Of a stretch of 32,000 bases of DNA, positions 14,976-23,489 are shown one piece after another. The position numbers and the translations under genes were made by a program. Positions within the stretch are counted from its first letter, which is position 1, and every line of letters starts with the position of its first letter. Source of the stretch: Synechococcus sp. A15-24 (GTDB taxonomy: Bacteria; Cyanobacteriota; Cyanobacteriia; PCC-6307; Cyanobiaceae); assembly GCF_014280195.1 (NCBI RefSeq), contig NZ_CP047960.1:810001-842000 (forward strand). Reading direction: 5' to 3'. The notes beneath the pieces were generated by a model that saw only the letters and a program-made list of their open reading frames with translations, ran no database searches and was not told where the DNA came from.

Positions 14976-15008
14976 GAATGTGCCTTCGGTAACAGGCTTC
15001 TTGCGAAG

Positions 15009-15082
15009 TCGGGGAGACAGGATTCGAACCTGCGGCATCTTGCTCCCAAAGCAAGCGCGCTACCAAACTGCGCCACTCCCCG
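15009..15082 (-). tRNA. trnP: tRNA-Pro (anticodon UGG)
   Basis: Hand-folded minus strand: CGGGGAG-TG-GCGC-AGTTTGGTA-GCGC-G-CTTGC-TTTGGGA-GCAAG-ATGCC-GCAGG-TTCGAAT-CCTGT-CTCCCCG-A. 74 nt; CCA is not encoded. Confidence 0.9.
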
Positions 15083-15103
15083 GACGCTTCTCAAGATTAG
15101 CGT

Positions 15104-15499
15104 TTAGCCCATATCCAGCAGGTAGTGGACCACGGCAGCCCGGTAGTCCTCATCAACCCCCTCGTCTTCGATCGGTCCGCACACCTCATCGGGCACGCGG
15201 TGGATGCGGGTGAGCGGCTTCATTTCATAAGTCTCACCCTCAGGTTGTCCGCAATCCTTGCTGCGGTCCCAGATCTGCCGGGCGTCGCCGCGGTAGAGGC
15301 CAACGATCTGTCCAAGGTGGGCAAAGGTGTTGGATCCGGTGCGGCAGACCACGATGGCCAGGCAGGCATCGAACTCATCGGTGGAGAGATGGTTGCCGCC
15401 GTCCCGCACGGCCCGCTCCTCCATTCCCAGAACCATTTTCTCGAGGGCACAACTGCCCTCGTAGAGCCAGCTGCGAACGGTGATTCCGATGAGGGTCAT
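15104..15499 (-). CDS. conserved hypothetical protein
   Basis: 131 aa. The ATG overlaps the stop of the upstream oxidoreductase (ATGA). Five Cys; no family recognised. Confidence 0.65.
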   Translation of the reverse strand: MTLIGITVRSWLYEGSCALEKMVLGMEERAVRDGGNHLSTDEFDACLAIVVCRTGSNTFAHLGQIVGLYRGDARQIWDRSKDCGQPEGETYEMKPLTRIHRVPDEVCGPIEDEGVDEDYRAAVVHYLLDMG

Positions 15500-16629
15500 G
15501 CGGCCTGGGTGACGAGGATCTGGGCCAGGTTCACCGCGCTGCGGAGCGCACCCTCAGCACGGCCGAACCCAGGACCCTCCACATAGTCTCCGCAGAAGCC
15601 CAGCGCACTGGCATCACACCACTGCAGCGATTGCGGCAAGGGGTGATCGAGGGGGCTGGAGGCTCCCCAGCGCATGACCCCCAAAGACTCAGCCGCCTCG
15701 CAGGCGCCTTGCAGCTCCGGCCATGGTTGCAGCAGCTGCGGCAGCAACTGCCGCAGCCGCGCCTCCTCCTGTTTCAGCAGAACCGGCTGCGTTTGGGGTG
15801 TGATGGGTTCGCCGGAATCCAGGCCGTGCATCGCCAATCCGGTGCGGTTGTCGGCTTGCGGGTGCAGCACAAGGCGCTCCACCCGCCAATGCGCCTGGGC
15901 TTCAGGGGTGAGCCAGATCTGACGCGGCAGTTGGTCGCCGTTCAGGGGCAGATCCAGCATCAGGTTCCAGCGCACGTCCGCGCGGCTCTGCGCCAGAGCG
16001 TCCAGGGCCTGGTCCAGGTCCGGGTCCTGGCCCGAAGGAACCGCCTCCCGCAACGGCACCTGCCGCCAATCGAGCATGGCCAGAGAACGTGGATGGGCCA
16101 GCAGGCTGCCGCTGAGCACCAGGCGACTCGCCCGCAGCTGCCAGTCGCTGCCGTCCTCGGAAAGGCACCAATGGTTGCCATCCTGTTGCAACGTGCGGAT
16201 CCGCCGTCCGAAATGTTGCGTCGACGCGCCCTCACCCATAGCCAGTAAGGCTTCGCAGATGCTGGCCATGAACGGCTGACCCTCCAGCCACTCCACATCA
16301 GCAGCTCCTTCAGCACGGCTGGCCGACCCATCCATCGCCAATGTGACGACGGTTCCTTCGGCTGGACGCAGGCAGCCGTTCTCACGCAACGGGGCCAGCA
16401 GGGCCTTGAGCCCTTCCGGTAAGGGATCATCCAGATGAAAGCCTGGCGCTCCGTGATCGAGTCGCCATTGGGGACGATCCCGACGCCGGCGTGAGGCCGT
16501 CCGACCACCTGGACCCCGGCCGGCTTCAACAAGGGCGATTGTTCCGCTCCAGTTGAGCTGTCGGAGCCTCGCAATCAGGCTGCATCCAGCCAGCCCAGCG
16601 CCGATGACCACCAGATCGGCATCAACCAT
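15496..16629 (-). CDS. FAD/NAD(P)-binding oxidoreductase (renalase/COG3380-like)
   Basis: N-terminal dinucleotide fold DLVVIGAGLAGCSL...VEAGRGPGGR and C-terminal GFCGDYVEGPGFGRAEGALRSA. 377 aa. Confidence 0.8.
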   Translation of the reverse strand: MVDADLVVIGAGLAGCSLIARLRQLNWSGTIALVEAGRGPGGRTASRRRRDRPQWRLDHGAPGFHLDDPLPEGLKALLAPLRENGCLRPAEGTVVTLAMDGSASRAEGAADVEWLEGQPFMASICEALLAMGEGASTQHFGRRIRTLQQDGNHWCLSEDGSDWQLRASRLVLSGSLLAHPRSLAMLDWRQVPLREAVPSGQDPDLDQALDALAQSRADVRWNLMLDLPLNGDQLPRQIWLTPEAQAHWRVERLVLHPQADNRTGLAMHGLDSGEPITPQTQPVLLKQEEARLRQLLPQLLQPWPELQGACEAAESLGVMRWGASSPLDHPLPQSLQWCDASALGFCGDYVEGPGFGRAEGALRSAVNLAQILVTQAA

Positions 16630-16638
16630 CAGCCAAGT

Positions 16639-16731
16639 TCACATCCAATATTTTTCGGCGGCAACGCGGGAGAACAGCCCACCCAGCAGCGCCAACAGCA
16701 ATGTCAGGCCGAAGAACACGAAGTAAGCCAT
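16639..16731 (-). CDS. possible 30-aa single-TM peptide
   Basis: Own translation; too short for the track: MAYFVFFGLTLLLALLGGLFSRVAAEKYWM. GC3-rich codons. The stop lies 9 nt upstream of the oxidoreductase ATG on the same strand. Confidence 0.4.
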   Translation of the reverse strand: MAYFVFFGLTLLLALLGGLFSRVAAEKYWM

Positions 16732-16832
16732 CCGTCGCCTGTCGTCCGATCGATTGCGCCGTTTCTAACAGCAAGGGATCTCAACAGCCTCCCCAGTCAC
16801 GGGACGACATTAATTGATGTCAACCATTGGAA

Positions 16833-16904
16833 TGGGTCGCCTGAGATTCGAACTCAGGACCAGCCGGTTAAAAGCCGGATGCTCTACCGCTGAGCTAGCG
16901 ACCC
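16833..16904 (-). tRNA. trnK: tRNA-Lys (anticodon UUU)
   Basis: Hand-folded minus strand: GGGTCGC-TA-GCTC-AGCGGTA-GAGC-A-TCCGG-CTTTTAA-CCGGC-TGGTC-CTGAG-TTCGAAT-CTCAG-GCGACCC-A. 72 nt; one mismatch at the top of the anticodon stem. Confidence 0.9.
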
Positions 16905-16987
16905 GCCCGCTTGGGCATGCCATTTCAGGCACCAATGGACATTATCACTCGGTCCGGCAGAGGATTAGAGGGTGTTGTGAACCTGTG

Positions 16988-17506
16988 ATGGCTCCGTTGA
17001 TCTCGGCCTCAGCGCCATGGCCGGCGGCTCAGATCCACCCCGGGGCTTGGGTGTCTGCGTCGGCGGTGGTGATCGGAGACGTGACCATGGAGCAGGGGAG
17101 CAGCCTCTGGCCCACAGCCGTGGCCCGGGGGGATTGCGCTGAGATCCGCATCGGAGCCCGCAGCAATGTTCAGGATGGTGCCGTGCTGCATGGCGATCCC
17201 GGTCAGCCGGTGCTGATCGGGGTTGATGTCACGGTCGGCCATCGAGCCGTGATTCACGGTGCGACCCTGTCGGACGGCTGTCTCGTCGGAATCGGCGCCA
17301 TCGTTCTCAGTGGCGTCACCGTGGGAGAGGGGGCGTTGGTGGCCGCCGGTGCTGTCGTAACCAAAGACGTTCCAGCCCGCAGCCTGGTGATGGGCGCACC
17401 CGCGCAGCTGAAGCGGGAGCTCAGTGCTGAAGCGGTGGAGGACCAACGCAGCCATGCCCACAGCTACGCCGAACTGGCCAGGCAGCACGCCAAAGCAGGC
17501 GGCTGA
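16988..17506 (+). CDS. gamma-carbonic-anhydrase-like / hexapeptide-repeat (LbH) protein
   Basis: ATG 16988 (MAPLISASAPWP...). GDVTMEQGSSLWPTAVARGDCAEIRIGARSNVQDGAVLHGD...VGHRAVIHGATL fits the YrdA/PaaY pattern. The longer track ORF would run through tRNA-Lys. Confidence 0.85.
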   Translation: MAPLISASAPWPAAQIHPGAWVSASAVVIGDVTMEQGSSLWPTAVARGDCAEIRIGARSNVQDGAVLHGDPGQPVLIGVDVTVGHRAVIHGATLSDGCLVGIGAIVLSGVTVGEGALVAAGAVVTKDVPARSLVMGAPAQLKRELSAEAVEDQRSHAHSYAELARQHAKAGG

Positions 17507-17591
17507 TTGCTGCATTTTTGATCAGCTTGAGGTCTTGGTCGTGGGTTTCTCGCGGAAGTCCGTAAGATCGCCCGGAAGTCTTCCAACCCCC

Positions 17592-17810
17592 ATGAGCGTC
17601 GCCCGCGTTGCCATCGGCCTCGTCGTCATCCTCGCGATCGTCGCCTACTCCGCATACAGCGTGATCACCACGGGCCAGGTGCTGGGCATTGATGCTCGCC
17701 TCTTCCTTGTCGTGGCCCCAATCCTGGCTGCTGTGAGCTGGGCCGCCTTCAACATCGGCCGTGCCGCCGTGGGCCAGCTGCAGCTGCTGATCAAGCGCAG
17801 CCGCGCCTGA
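17592..17810 (+). CDS. psbY: photosystem II protein Y, two-repeat form
   Basis: The C-terminal half DARLFLVVAPILAAVSWAAFNIGRAAVGQLQLLIKRSRA matches the PsbY signature (WAA.NIG.AA..QLQ). The N-terminal half VARVAIGLVVILAIVAYSAYSVITTGQ is a diverged copy. GC3 is very high throughout. Confidence 0.75.
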   Translation: MSVARVAIGLVVILAIVAYSAYSVITTGQVLGIDARLFLVVAPILAAVSWAAFNIGRAAVGQLQLLIKRSRA

Positions 17811-17869
17811 TTTCAACGCACGGCCAACACAGCAAGCATCCGTAGGCTGAATGCTGCTGGCTTCAGCCC

Positions 17870-19243
17870 TTGGTGTCTGTTGAACGATCCGTCACTGTGC
17901 TGGGGGCAGGCCTTGCCGGCACTGAAGCGGCCTGGCAAGTGGCCCGTGCCGGCATACCGGTAACCATCGTTGAGATGCGTCCGGTGCGACGTTCTCCTGC
18001 ACATCACAGCAGTGATTTCGCTGAGTTGGTCTGCAGCAACAGTTTTGGTGCCCTGAGCAGCGATCGGGCTGCAGGGTTGCTGCAGGAAGAAATGCGGCGC
18101 CTGGGCTCCCTGGTGATTGAAACAGCGGACGCCCATGCCGTGCCCGCAGGAGGAGCTCTGGCCGTGGACCGCGGCCGATACAGCGCCGCGCTCACTGAAG
18201 CGCTGGATCAGCATCCTCTGGTGACCATCGAGCGGCGTGAACAGCAGGCTCTGCCGGGAAAAGAACAGATCACCGTGCTGGCAACGGGGCCGCTGACCAG
18301 TGAACCGCTGGCCGAAGACCTCCGAGCCTTCACCGGACGGTCGGATTGTCACTTCTTTGATGCCGCCAGTCCGATCGTCCATGGCGACAGCATTGATCTC
18401 AACGTTGCCTTCCGCGCCAGCCGTTACGACAAGGGCGATGCGGATTACATCAACTGCCCGATGGACAAGGTGCAGTACCTCGCCTTCCGTGAGGCCCTGC
18501 TGACGGCTGAACAGGCTGAGCTCAAGGATTTCGACAAAAACGACGCCACCTTTTTCGAGGGATGTCTGCCGATCGAAGAGCTGGCTCGTCGGGGCGAGGA
18601 CACCATGCGCTACGGCCCGCTCAAACCCATTGGCCTGTGGGACCCCCGCTGGGGTGATGTGAACGACCGGGATGTGCGTCGTGCCAAGCGGGCTTATGCC
18701 GTGGTGCAGTTGCGCCAGGAAGACAAGGACGGTCGGCTCTGGAATCTCGTGGGCTTTCAGACCAACTTGAAATGGGGTGAGCAGAAACGGGTGCTGCAGA
18801 TGATTCCCGGTCTGGCCGAAGCCGAATTCGTGCGTTTTGGGGTGATGCACCGCAACACCTTTCTGGAGTCGCCGCAATTGCTCGAGCCCACCCTGCAATT
18901 CCGCAGTCGTTCCTCACTGCTGGCGGCAGGCCAGATCACCGGTACCGAGGGCTATGCCGCCGCTGTGGCCGGTGGCTGGCTGGCGGGCACCAATGCCGCC
19001 CGCCTCGCCAGAGGATTGGCGCCGATTGATCTGCCCGCCACCTGCATGAGCGGCGCCCTGACCCACTTCATCAGTGAAGCTCCCACGGCCAAATTCCAGC
19101 CGATGCCCCCCAACTTCGGCCTGCTGCCGGAGCTGCCGGAGCGGATTCGCGACAAGCGCGCCCGCTATGGCGCCTACCGCGACCGTGCCCTGCGGGATCT
19201 TGAACGGATCGAGGCCCTGACGCCGAACGCCCTGGTGGCATGA
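17870..19243 (+). CDS. trmFO: methylenetetrahydrofolate--tRNA-(uracil-5-)-methyltransferase TrmFO (Gid)
   Basis: [52 protein letters not shown] and [10 protein letters not shown] are full-length TrmFO hallmarks. TTG/GTG start. Confidence 0.95.
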   Translation: MVSVERSVTVLGAGLAGTEAAWQVARAGIPVTIVEMRPVRRSPAHHSSDFAELVCSNSFGALSSDRAAGLLQEEMRRLGSLVIETADAHAVPAGGALAVDRGRYSAALTEALDQHPLVTIERREQQALPGKEQITVLATGPLTSEPLAEDLRAFTGRSDCHFFDAASPIVHGDSIDLNVAFRASRYDKGDADYINCPMDKVQYLAFREALLTAEQAELKDFDKNDATFFEGCLPIEELARRGEDTMRYGPLKPIGLWDPRWGDVNDRDVRRAKRAYAVVQLRQEDKDGRLWNLVGFQTNLKWGEQKRVLQMIPGLAEAEFVRFGVMHRNTFLESPQLLEPTLQFRSRSSLLAAGQITGTEGYAAAVAGGWLAGTNAARLARGLAPIDLPATCMSGALTHFISEAPTAKFQPMPPNFGLLPELPERIRDKRARYGAYRDRALRDLERIEALTPNALVA

Positions 19244-19872
19244 CCGCCGACACCGCAGCGTTTCGCCGGATCGAACAGCGTTCGTTGCGCTTCGGGATCG
19301 GGGCCAATGCGGTGATGACCCTGGCGGGTTTTGCCGCCCACGTGGCCACCGGCTCCTCAGCTCTGCTTTTGGACGGCCTCTACTCAGCGGTGCTGGTTGG
19401 CTCCTCGTTGATCGCCAGTCGGATCAGTCGCAATGTGGTGCGACCTCCGGACCGGGCCTGGCCCTATGGATACGAAGGGCAGGAGGCTCTGTATGTGCTG
19501 TTCCGATCACTGGTGCTGCTTGGGGTGATCGGCTTTGGGGTCGGCAGTGCGGCGTCGTCCCTGATCGACTGGTGGAACGGGACGCCGCCCCCTCCGCTGC
19601 ATCTTGAGCCGGTGGCGGCTTACACCACAACCATCACAGCGCTCTGCGCTCTGCTGGCCTGGCGTCATCACTGGGACTGGATTCGCACGCAGCGCATCTC
19701 GCTGCTGCTGCTGACGGAGGCCCGGAATGCCCGCATCGATGCCCTGATCACGATGGCCACCGGACTGGCCCTGCTGGCTTCGCCGTGGCTGCTGTTGACA
19801 CCGTTCGCTGCGCTGGCGCCGATCACTGATGCCCTGTTGGTGCTGCTGGTCAGCCTTGCCCTGTTGCGCTAA
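19240..19872 (+). CDS. cation diffusion facilitator (CDF) transporter, membrane-domain part (ends at an in-frame TAA)
   Basis: About six TM segments, with [13 protein letters not shown] (TM2-like) and [13 protein letters not shown] (TM5-like). The ATG overlaps the trmFO stop (ATGA). It stops at 19870-19872, just before the expected cytoplasmic domain. Confidence 0.7.
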   Translation: MTADTAAFRRIEQRSLRFGIGANAVMTLAGFAAHVATGSSALLLDGLYSAVLVGSSLIASRISRNVVRPPDRAWPYGYEGQEALYVLFRSLVLLGVIGFGVGSAASSLIDWWNGTPPPPLHLEPVAAYTTTITALCALLAWRHHWDWIRTQRISLLLLTEARNARIDALITMATGLALLASPWLLLTPFAALAPITDALLVLLVSLALLR

Positions 19873-19878
19873 CCGTTG

Positions 19879-20208
19879 ATGGCGTTGCGGAACGCCATGG
19901 CTCAAGCCGCTGGCTGCGCAGCCGACCCGGAGATTCTTCAGCACACCCGACAGGTTCTGATGCAGGAGTTGGTGGGCCTGCAGCTGCAGATGATGGATTT
20001 CACGGTGCAGCAGCTGGGACGAACTGCGTTTGTGGTGGTCTACATCAATCCTCTGCAAGCCCAGGACAGCGCGGTGATTGACGGCCTGCGCCACCACATC
20101 GATGCCCGTTGCTCCGCTGACCTCGGCCGACCGGTGCGCTCGGAGGTGATTCTCACCGCGAAACCACCAATTCATCAGGTTGATCCGCAGCAGCAGGCGG
20201 CCCCTTAG
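19879..20208 (+). CDS. CDF transporter C-terminal cytoplasmic-domain part (same frame as 19240..19872)
   Basis: ILQHTRQVLMQELVGLQLQMMDFTVQQLGRTAFVVVYINPLQAQDSAVIDGLRHHIDARCS...SEVILTAKPP fits the CDF C-terminal (ZT_dimer-like) fold. An ATG lies 2 codons after the TAA. Confidence 0.6.
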   Translation: MALRNAMAQAAGCAADPEILQHTRQVLMQELVGLQLQMMDFTVQQLGRTAFVVVYINPLQAQDSAVIDGLRHHIDARCSADLGRPVRSEVILTAKPPIHQVDPQQQAAP

Positions 20209-20233
20209 CGTCACCGCCTATGGATCCGACACC

Positions 20234-21790
20234 ATGAGCGAACAGCAGCACTGGGATGCCGTGGTGATCGGCTCCGGTATCGGCGGGTTGGTTACCGCCA
20301 GCCAGCTGGCGGCCAAGGGAGCTCGCACCTTGGTGCTGGAGCGCTATCTGATCCCAGGCGGCAGTGGCGGTGCCTTCAAGCGCGAGGGCTACACCTTCGA
20401 TGTGGGCGCCTCGATGATCTTCGGCTTCGGTGAGAAGGGATACACCAACCTGCTCACCAGGGCTCTCGCTGATGTGGGCGAGCACTGCGAGACCATTCCG
20501 GATCAGGCCCAACTCGAATACCACATGCCGGGGGGGCTCAACATCGCCGTTGACCGCGATTACAAGACGTTCATCGCCGATCTGTCCGCCCGTTTCCCCC
20601 ACGAGGCCAACGGCATCCGACGCTTCTACGACACCTGTTGGCAGGTGTTCAACTGTCTGGATGCGATGCCGTTGCTGTCGCTGGAGGATCCGGCGTACCT
20701 CACCAAGGTGTTCTTCAAGGCACCACTGGCCTGTCTGGGGTTGGCCCGTTGGCTGCCCTTCAATGTCGGTGCGGTAGCCCGCCAGCACATCAAGGATGAG
20801 CAGCTGCTGAAGTTCATCGACATCGAATGCTTCTGCTGGTCGGTGATGCCAGCCGATCGCACCCCGATGATCAATGCCGGCATGGTGTTTTCCGATCGCC
20901 ATGCCGGCGGCATCAATTACCCCCGTGGTGGGGTTGGGGTGATCGCTGAAAAGTTGGTTCAAGGTCTTGTGCGCAATGGCGGCGCCATTCGCTACAAGGC
21001 GCGGGTCACCGAGGTGCTGCTCGAGAACGGTGAGGCGGTTGGTGTGAAGCTGGCCGATGGCGAGACCATCCGGGCCAAGCGGGTGATCTCCAATGCCACC
21101 CGCTGGGACACCTTTTCGGGGCAGGACGATGGCTCCAGGCGGGCCGGGCAGGCGCTGGTGGATGAAGCCAACACCCCGAAGAAGGAGGCCTTCTGGCGTC
21201 GCCGCTATGTGCCGTCGCCCTCGTTTCTTTCCCTGCATCTGGGGGTACGGGCCGATTTGATTCCAGCCGGTACCCACTGCCACCACCTCCTGCTTGAAGA
21301 TTGGCAGCGGATGGAGGACGAGCAGGGGGTGATCTTTGTGTCGATGCCGTCGTTGCTGGATCCGGATCTGGCACCGGCCGGGCATCACATCGTTCACACC
21401 TTTACGCCGTCGTCGATGGAAGCATGGCAGGGGCTCTCCCCCACTAATTACCGCGCCAAGAAGGAGGCCGATGCGGCTCGCTTGATTCAGCGGCTTGAGG
21501 GGATCCTTCCCGGCCTCAGTGGTGCCATAACCCACAAGGAGATCGGCACGCCTCGCAGCCACCGACGGTTCCTTGGTCGCTTTCAGGGCAGCTATGGCCC
21601 GATTCCGGCGATGCAACTGCCTGGACTATTGCCGATGCCGTTCAACCGCACCGGTGTGCGCAATCTCTATTGCGTCGGGGATTCCTGTTTCCCCGGCCAG
21701 GGCCTGAACGCCGTGGCCTTCAGTGGCTTTGCCTGTGCCCATCGGGTGGGTGCTGATCTGGGCCTCAACCCCTGGGCGCTGCCGGCCTGA
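20234..21790 (+). CDS. crtH: carotenoid (prolycopene) cis-trans isomerase CrtH
   Basis: ATG 20234. WDAVVIGSGIGGLVTASQLAAKGARTLVLERYLIPGGSGGAFKREGYTFDVGAS and the C-terminal YCVGDSCFPGQGLNAVAFSG; ~518 aa. Confidence 0.9.
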   Translation: MSEQQHWDAVVIGSGIGGLVTASQLAAKGARTLVLERYLIPGGSGGAFKREGYTFDVGASMIFGFGEKGYTNLLTRALADVGEHCETIPDQAQLEYHMPGGLNIAVDRDYKTFIADLSARFPHEANGIRRFYDTCWQVFNCLDAMPLLSLEDPAYLTKVFFKAPLACLGLARWLPFNVGAVARQHIKDEQLLKFIDIECFCWSVMPADRTPMINAGMVFSDRHAGGINYPRGGVGVIAEKLVQGLVRNGGAIRYKARVTEVLLENGEAVGVKLADGETIRAKRVISNATRWDTFSGQDDGSRRAGQALVDEANTPKKEAFWRRRYVPSPSFLSLHLGVRADLIPAGTHCHHLLLEDWQRMEDEQGVIFVSMPSLLDPDLAPAGHHIVHTFTPSSMEAWQGLSPTNYRAKKEADAARLIQRLEGILPGLSGAITHKEIGTPRSHRRFLGRFQGSYGPIPAMQLPGLLPMPFNRTGVRNLYCVGDSCFPGQGLNAVAFSGFACAHRVGADLGLNPWALPA

Positions 21791-21825
21791 TTCCGTTTCT
21801 AAGGTTGCTCAACTGCTGAGGATCC

Positions 21826-22110
21826 ATGGCCTCCGATCCCCAACCCAGCTCTGAGCAGCTCGCCCGTTATCTGGAACAACGTGGTGAGCTCACCAAGCCC
21901 TGGAACCTGCAGATGCTGCGTCTGCAAAAGCTGAAGGAGGCCAAGGACTCGATGGATCATGAGGAATATATCGCCACCATTCAAGAGGCCCATGCCGATT
22001 TGATGCGTCTTGGCGCGTTTTGTAAGGGTCGGGAAGCCGAGGTGTTCGGTGGCGCCTATGTCCCGTCTGAACAGCTTGAGCCCCATCCTGGTTCAGCGGA
22101 GGATCGCTGA
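21826..22110 (+). CDS. conserved hypothetical protein
   Basis: 94 aa with an ATG start. Charged and helical. The stop overlaps the next ATG. Confidence 0.55.
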   Translation: MASDPQPSSEQLARYLEQRGELTKPWNLQMLRLQKLKEAKDSMDHEEYIATIQEAHADLMRLGAFCKGREAEVFGGAYVPSEQLEPHPGSAEDR

Positions 22111-22673
22111 TGGTTTCCAGTTCCTGTGTTGAACGCTTCGGCCTGTCGCCGCTGATCCGCACCACGTTGCTCAGTTTGTATGTGGCGCTGGTTCTACCTC
22201 TGCCGCTGTTGGCTCCACAGGAGTTGCGGTGGTGGATGGCAAGCGGACTGTTGTTTGGCCTGATCCTGGTGCTGGGTCTGCTCAGTGAGCAGGTGGAAAC
22301 CGACGCCGCCGGTATTCAGGTGGGCTATCCGACCTGGATCCGCTGGCTGTTGCGCCGCGGTTGGTTCATGCCATGGCAGGACATCCGCGCACTGGTGCCC
22401 GTTGGCACCAGTCAAGGTGGCACGGTCTATTACCTCAAGGCAACGGATCTCCGCCACCAGCTTCTCCCCCAGCGGATCGAGCGCTTCGATCATTTCCTGG
22501 CGGTGCTCAGCGAGCGCTCATCTGTGTCAACAGCCGGCATCGGCCGGTTGACTCCCCCCTGGACCTATCAAGTCCTGCTTGGACTGGCGCTGTTGATGGT
22601 GCTGGCTGAACTGGCAGGCGCGTTTGCTGTCAGTCAGCACTGGATCAATTTGCCGGAAGGTTATCCAGGCTGA
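22110..22673 (+). CDS. hypothetical membrane protein
   Basis: 187 aa with three hydrophobic segments (LLSLYVALVLPLPLL, LLFGLILVLGLL, VLLGLALLMVLAELAGAF) flanking a soluble insert. Confidence 0.6.
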   Translation: MVSSSCVERFGLSPLIRTTLLSLYVALVLPLPLLAPQELRWWMASGLLFGLILVLGLLSEQVETDAAGIQVGYPTWIRWLLRRGWFMPWQDIRALVPVGTSQGGTVYYLKATDLRHQLLPQRIERFDHFLAVLSERSSVSTAGIGRLTPPWTYQVLLGLALLMVLAELAGAFAVSQHWINLPEGYPG

Positions 22674-23424
22674 AGCGATAGCCCCGCTGTCGCACGGTGG
22701 TGATGCCGCCGCCTTCACCAAGCCCTGCCTGCTCCAGTTTGCGACGCAGGGTCAGCACCTGGGTGTCAACCGAGCGAGGTCCTCCGCTGAAGGGAGGCCA
22801 GGCCATGCGCAGCAGCTCCTGACGGCTGCGCACTAGGCCGGGCGGCATCAGCAGGGCGCAGAGCAGGGCGAATTCCCGGGGGCTTAGTTCCACCGGCTGG
22901 TCTCGTAAGGTGACTTGTCGCAGCAGCAGGTGAACCTCCAGTGGTCCCACCGTGACACGCTCCTGCAGGCCGTTATGACCCCGCTTGAGCAGGGTGCGGC
23001 AGCGGGCCGCTAGCTCCTCCAGTCCGAAGGGTTTGCGCAGCACGTCATCGGCGCCGTCATCTAGCAGTCCCACCACCGGGTCAGCTCCGCTGCGGGCCGT
23101 CAGCACAATCACGGGGCAGCGCAGTTGATCGGCCAGGCGCAGGGCAGAACCCTGTTCAAGAATTTCGGCGCTGACCAACAGATCAGGGGATTGCTCCTGG
23201 CAGAGTTCCTGGGCTTCCGATGCTCTGCCGACCGCTGCGGTGAGGTGGCCGTCCTGACGGAGTCGCTGCACCAGAACAGTGCGCAGGGTGGGGTGCGGCT
23301 CCACGACGAGAACTCGTGATGGCTCCTGTCCGGTTCCGGACTGGGGCAGGATCAGCGGATCAGCGCTGGGGGCGCTAGGTTCAGCTGTAAGATCGCGTGG
23401 TGTGGAGGTCACTGATTTGATCAA
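22645..23424 (-). CDS. OmpR-family (winged-helix) response regulator with a pseudo-receiver domain
   Basis: The C-terminal LSPREFALLCALL...VDTQVLTLRRKLE...TVRQRGYRF is an OmpR/PhoB output domain. The receiver has VLVVEPHP instead of the acidic pair and LLVSAEILEQG at the phospho-Asp site, while T (VIVLTARS) and K (LRKPF) are kept. The start is TTG 23424 or GTG 23412. Confidence 0.85.
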   Translation of the reverse strand: MIKSVTSTPRDLTAEPSAPSADPLILPQSGTGQEPSRVLVVEPHPTLRTVLVQRLRQDGHLTAAVGRASEAQELCQEQSPDLLVSAEILEQGSALRLADQLRCPVIVLTARSGADPVVGLLDDGADDVLRKPFGLEELAARCRTLLKRGHNGLQERVTVGPLEVHLLLRQVTLRDQPVELSPREFALLCALLMPPGLVRSRQELLRMAWPPFSGGPRSVDTQVLTLRRKLEQAGLGEGGGITTVRQRGYRFSLDNLPAN

Positions 23425-23489
23425 CGCGCCACTACGCTAAGCGGAAAATTCTGTACCGCTGGTAGCAGAGGCAGCTGTCTTCTCAACCG

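Noticed and set aside
13700-15082. An integrative element at tRNA-Pro: I looked for an integrase, a transposase and a direct repeat of the tRNA 3' end.
   Set aside because: No recombinase-like ORF and no copy of the tRNA 3' segment (ggattcgaacc...) was found in the adjacent 1.3 kb. The composition shift is reported as a possible decayed islet only.
16814-16987. The N-terminal extension of the gamma-CA-like ORF in the track (MMSTIGMGRLRFELRTSRLKAG...).
   Set aside because: This part is simply the antisense of tRNA-Lys read as protein. The real start is ATG 16988. ORFs 14738..15094, 14884..15213 and 14910..15107 likewise just cross tRNA-Pro.
20153-21616. Long antisense ORFs: 487 aa opposite crtH, plus 17813..18898 opposite trmFO, 29111..30130 opposite recC, 9365..10288 opposite the membrane protein, 30967..31890 opposite the phosphatase, and 3165..3944 opposite arsS.
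   Set aside because: All are low-complexity Arg/Gly/Pro/His-rich translations lying opposite genes with unmistakable family motifs. They are GC-rich shadow frames.
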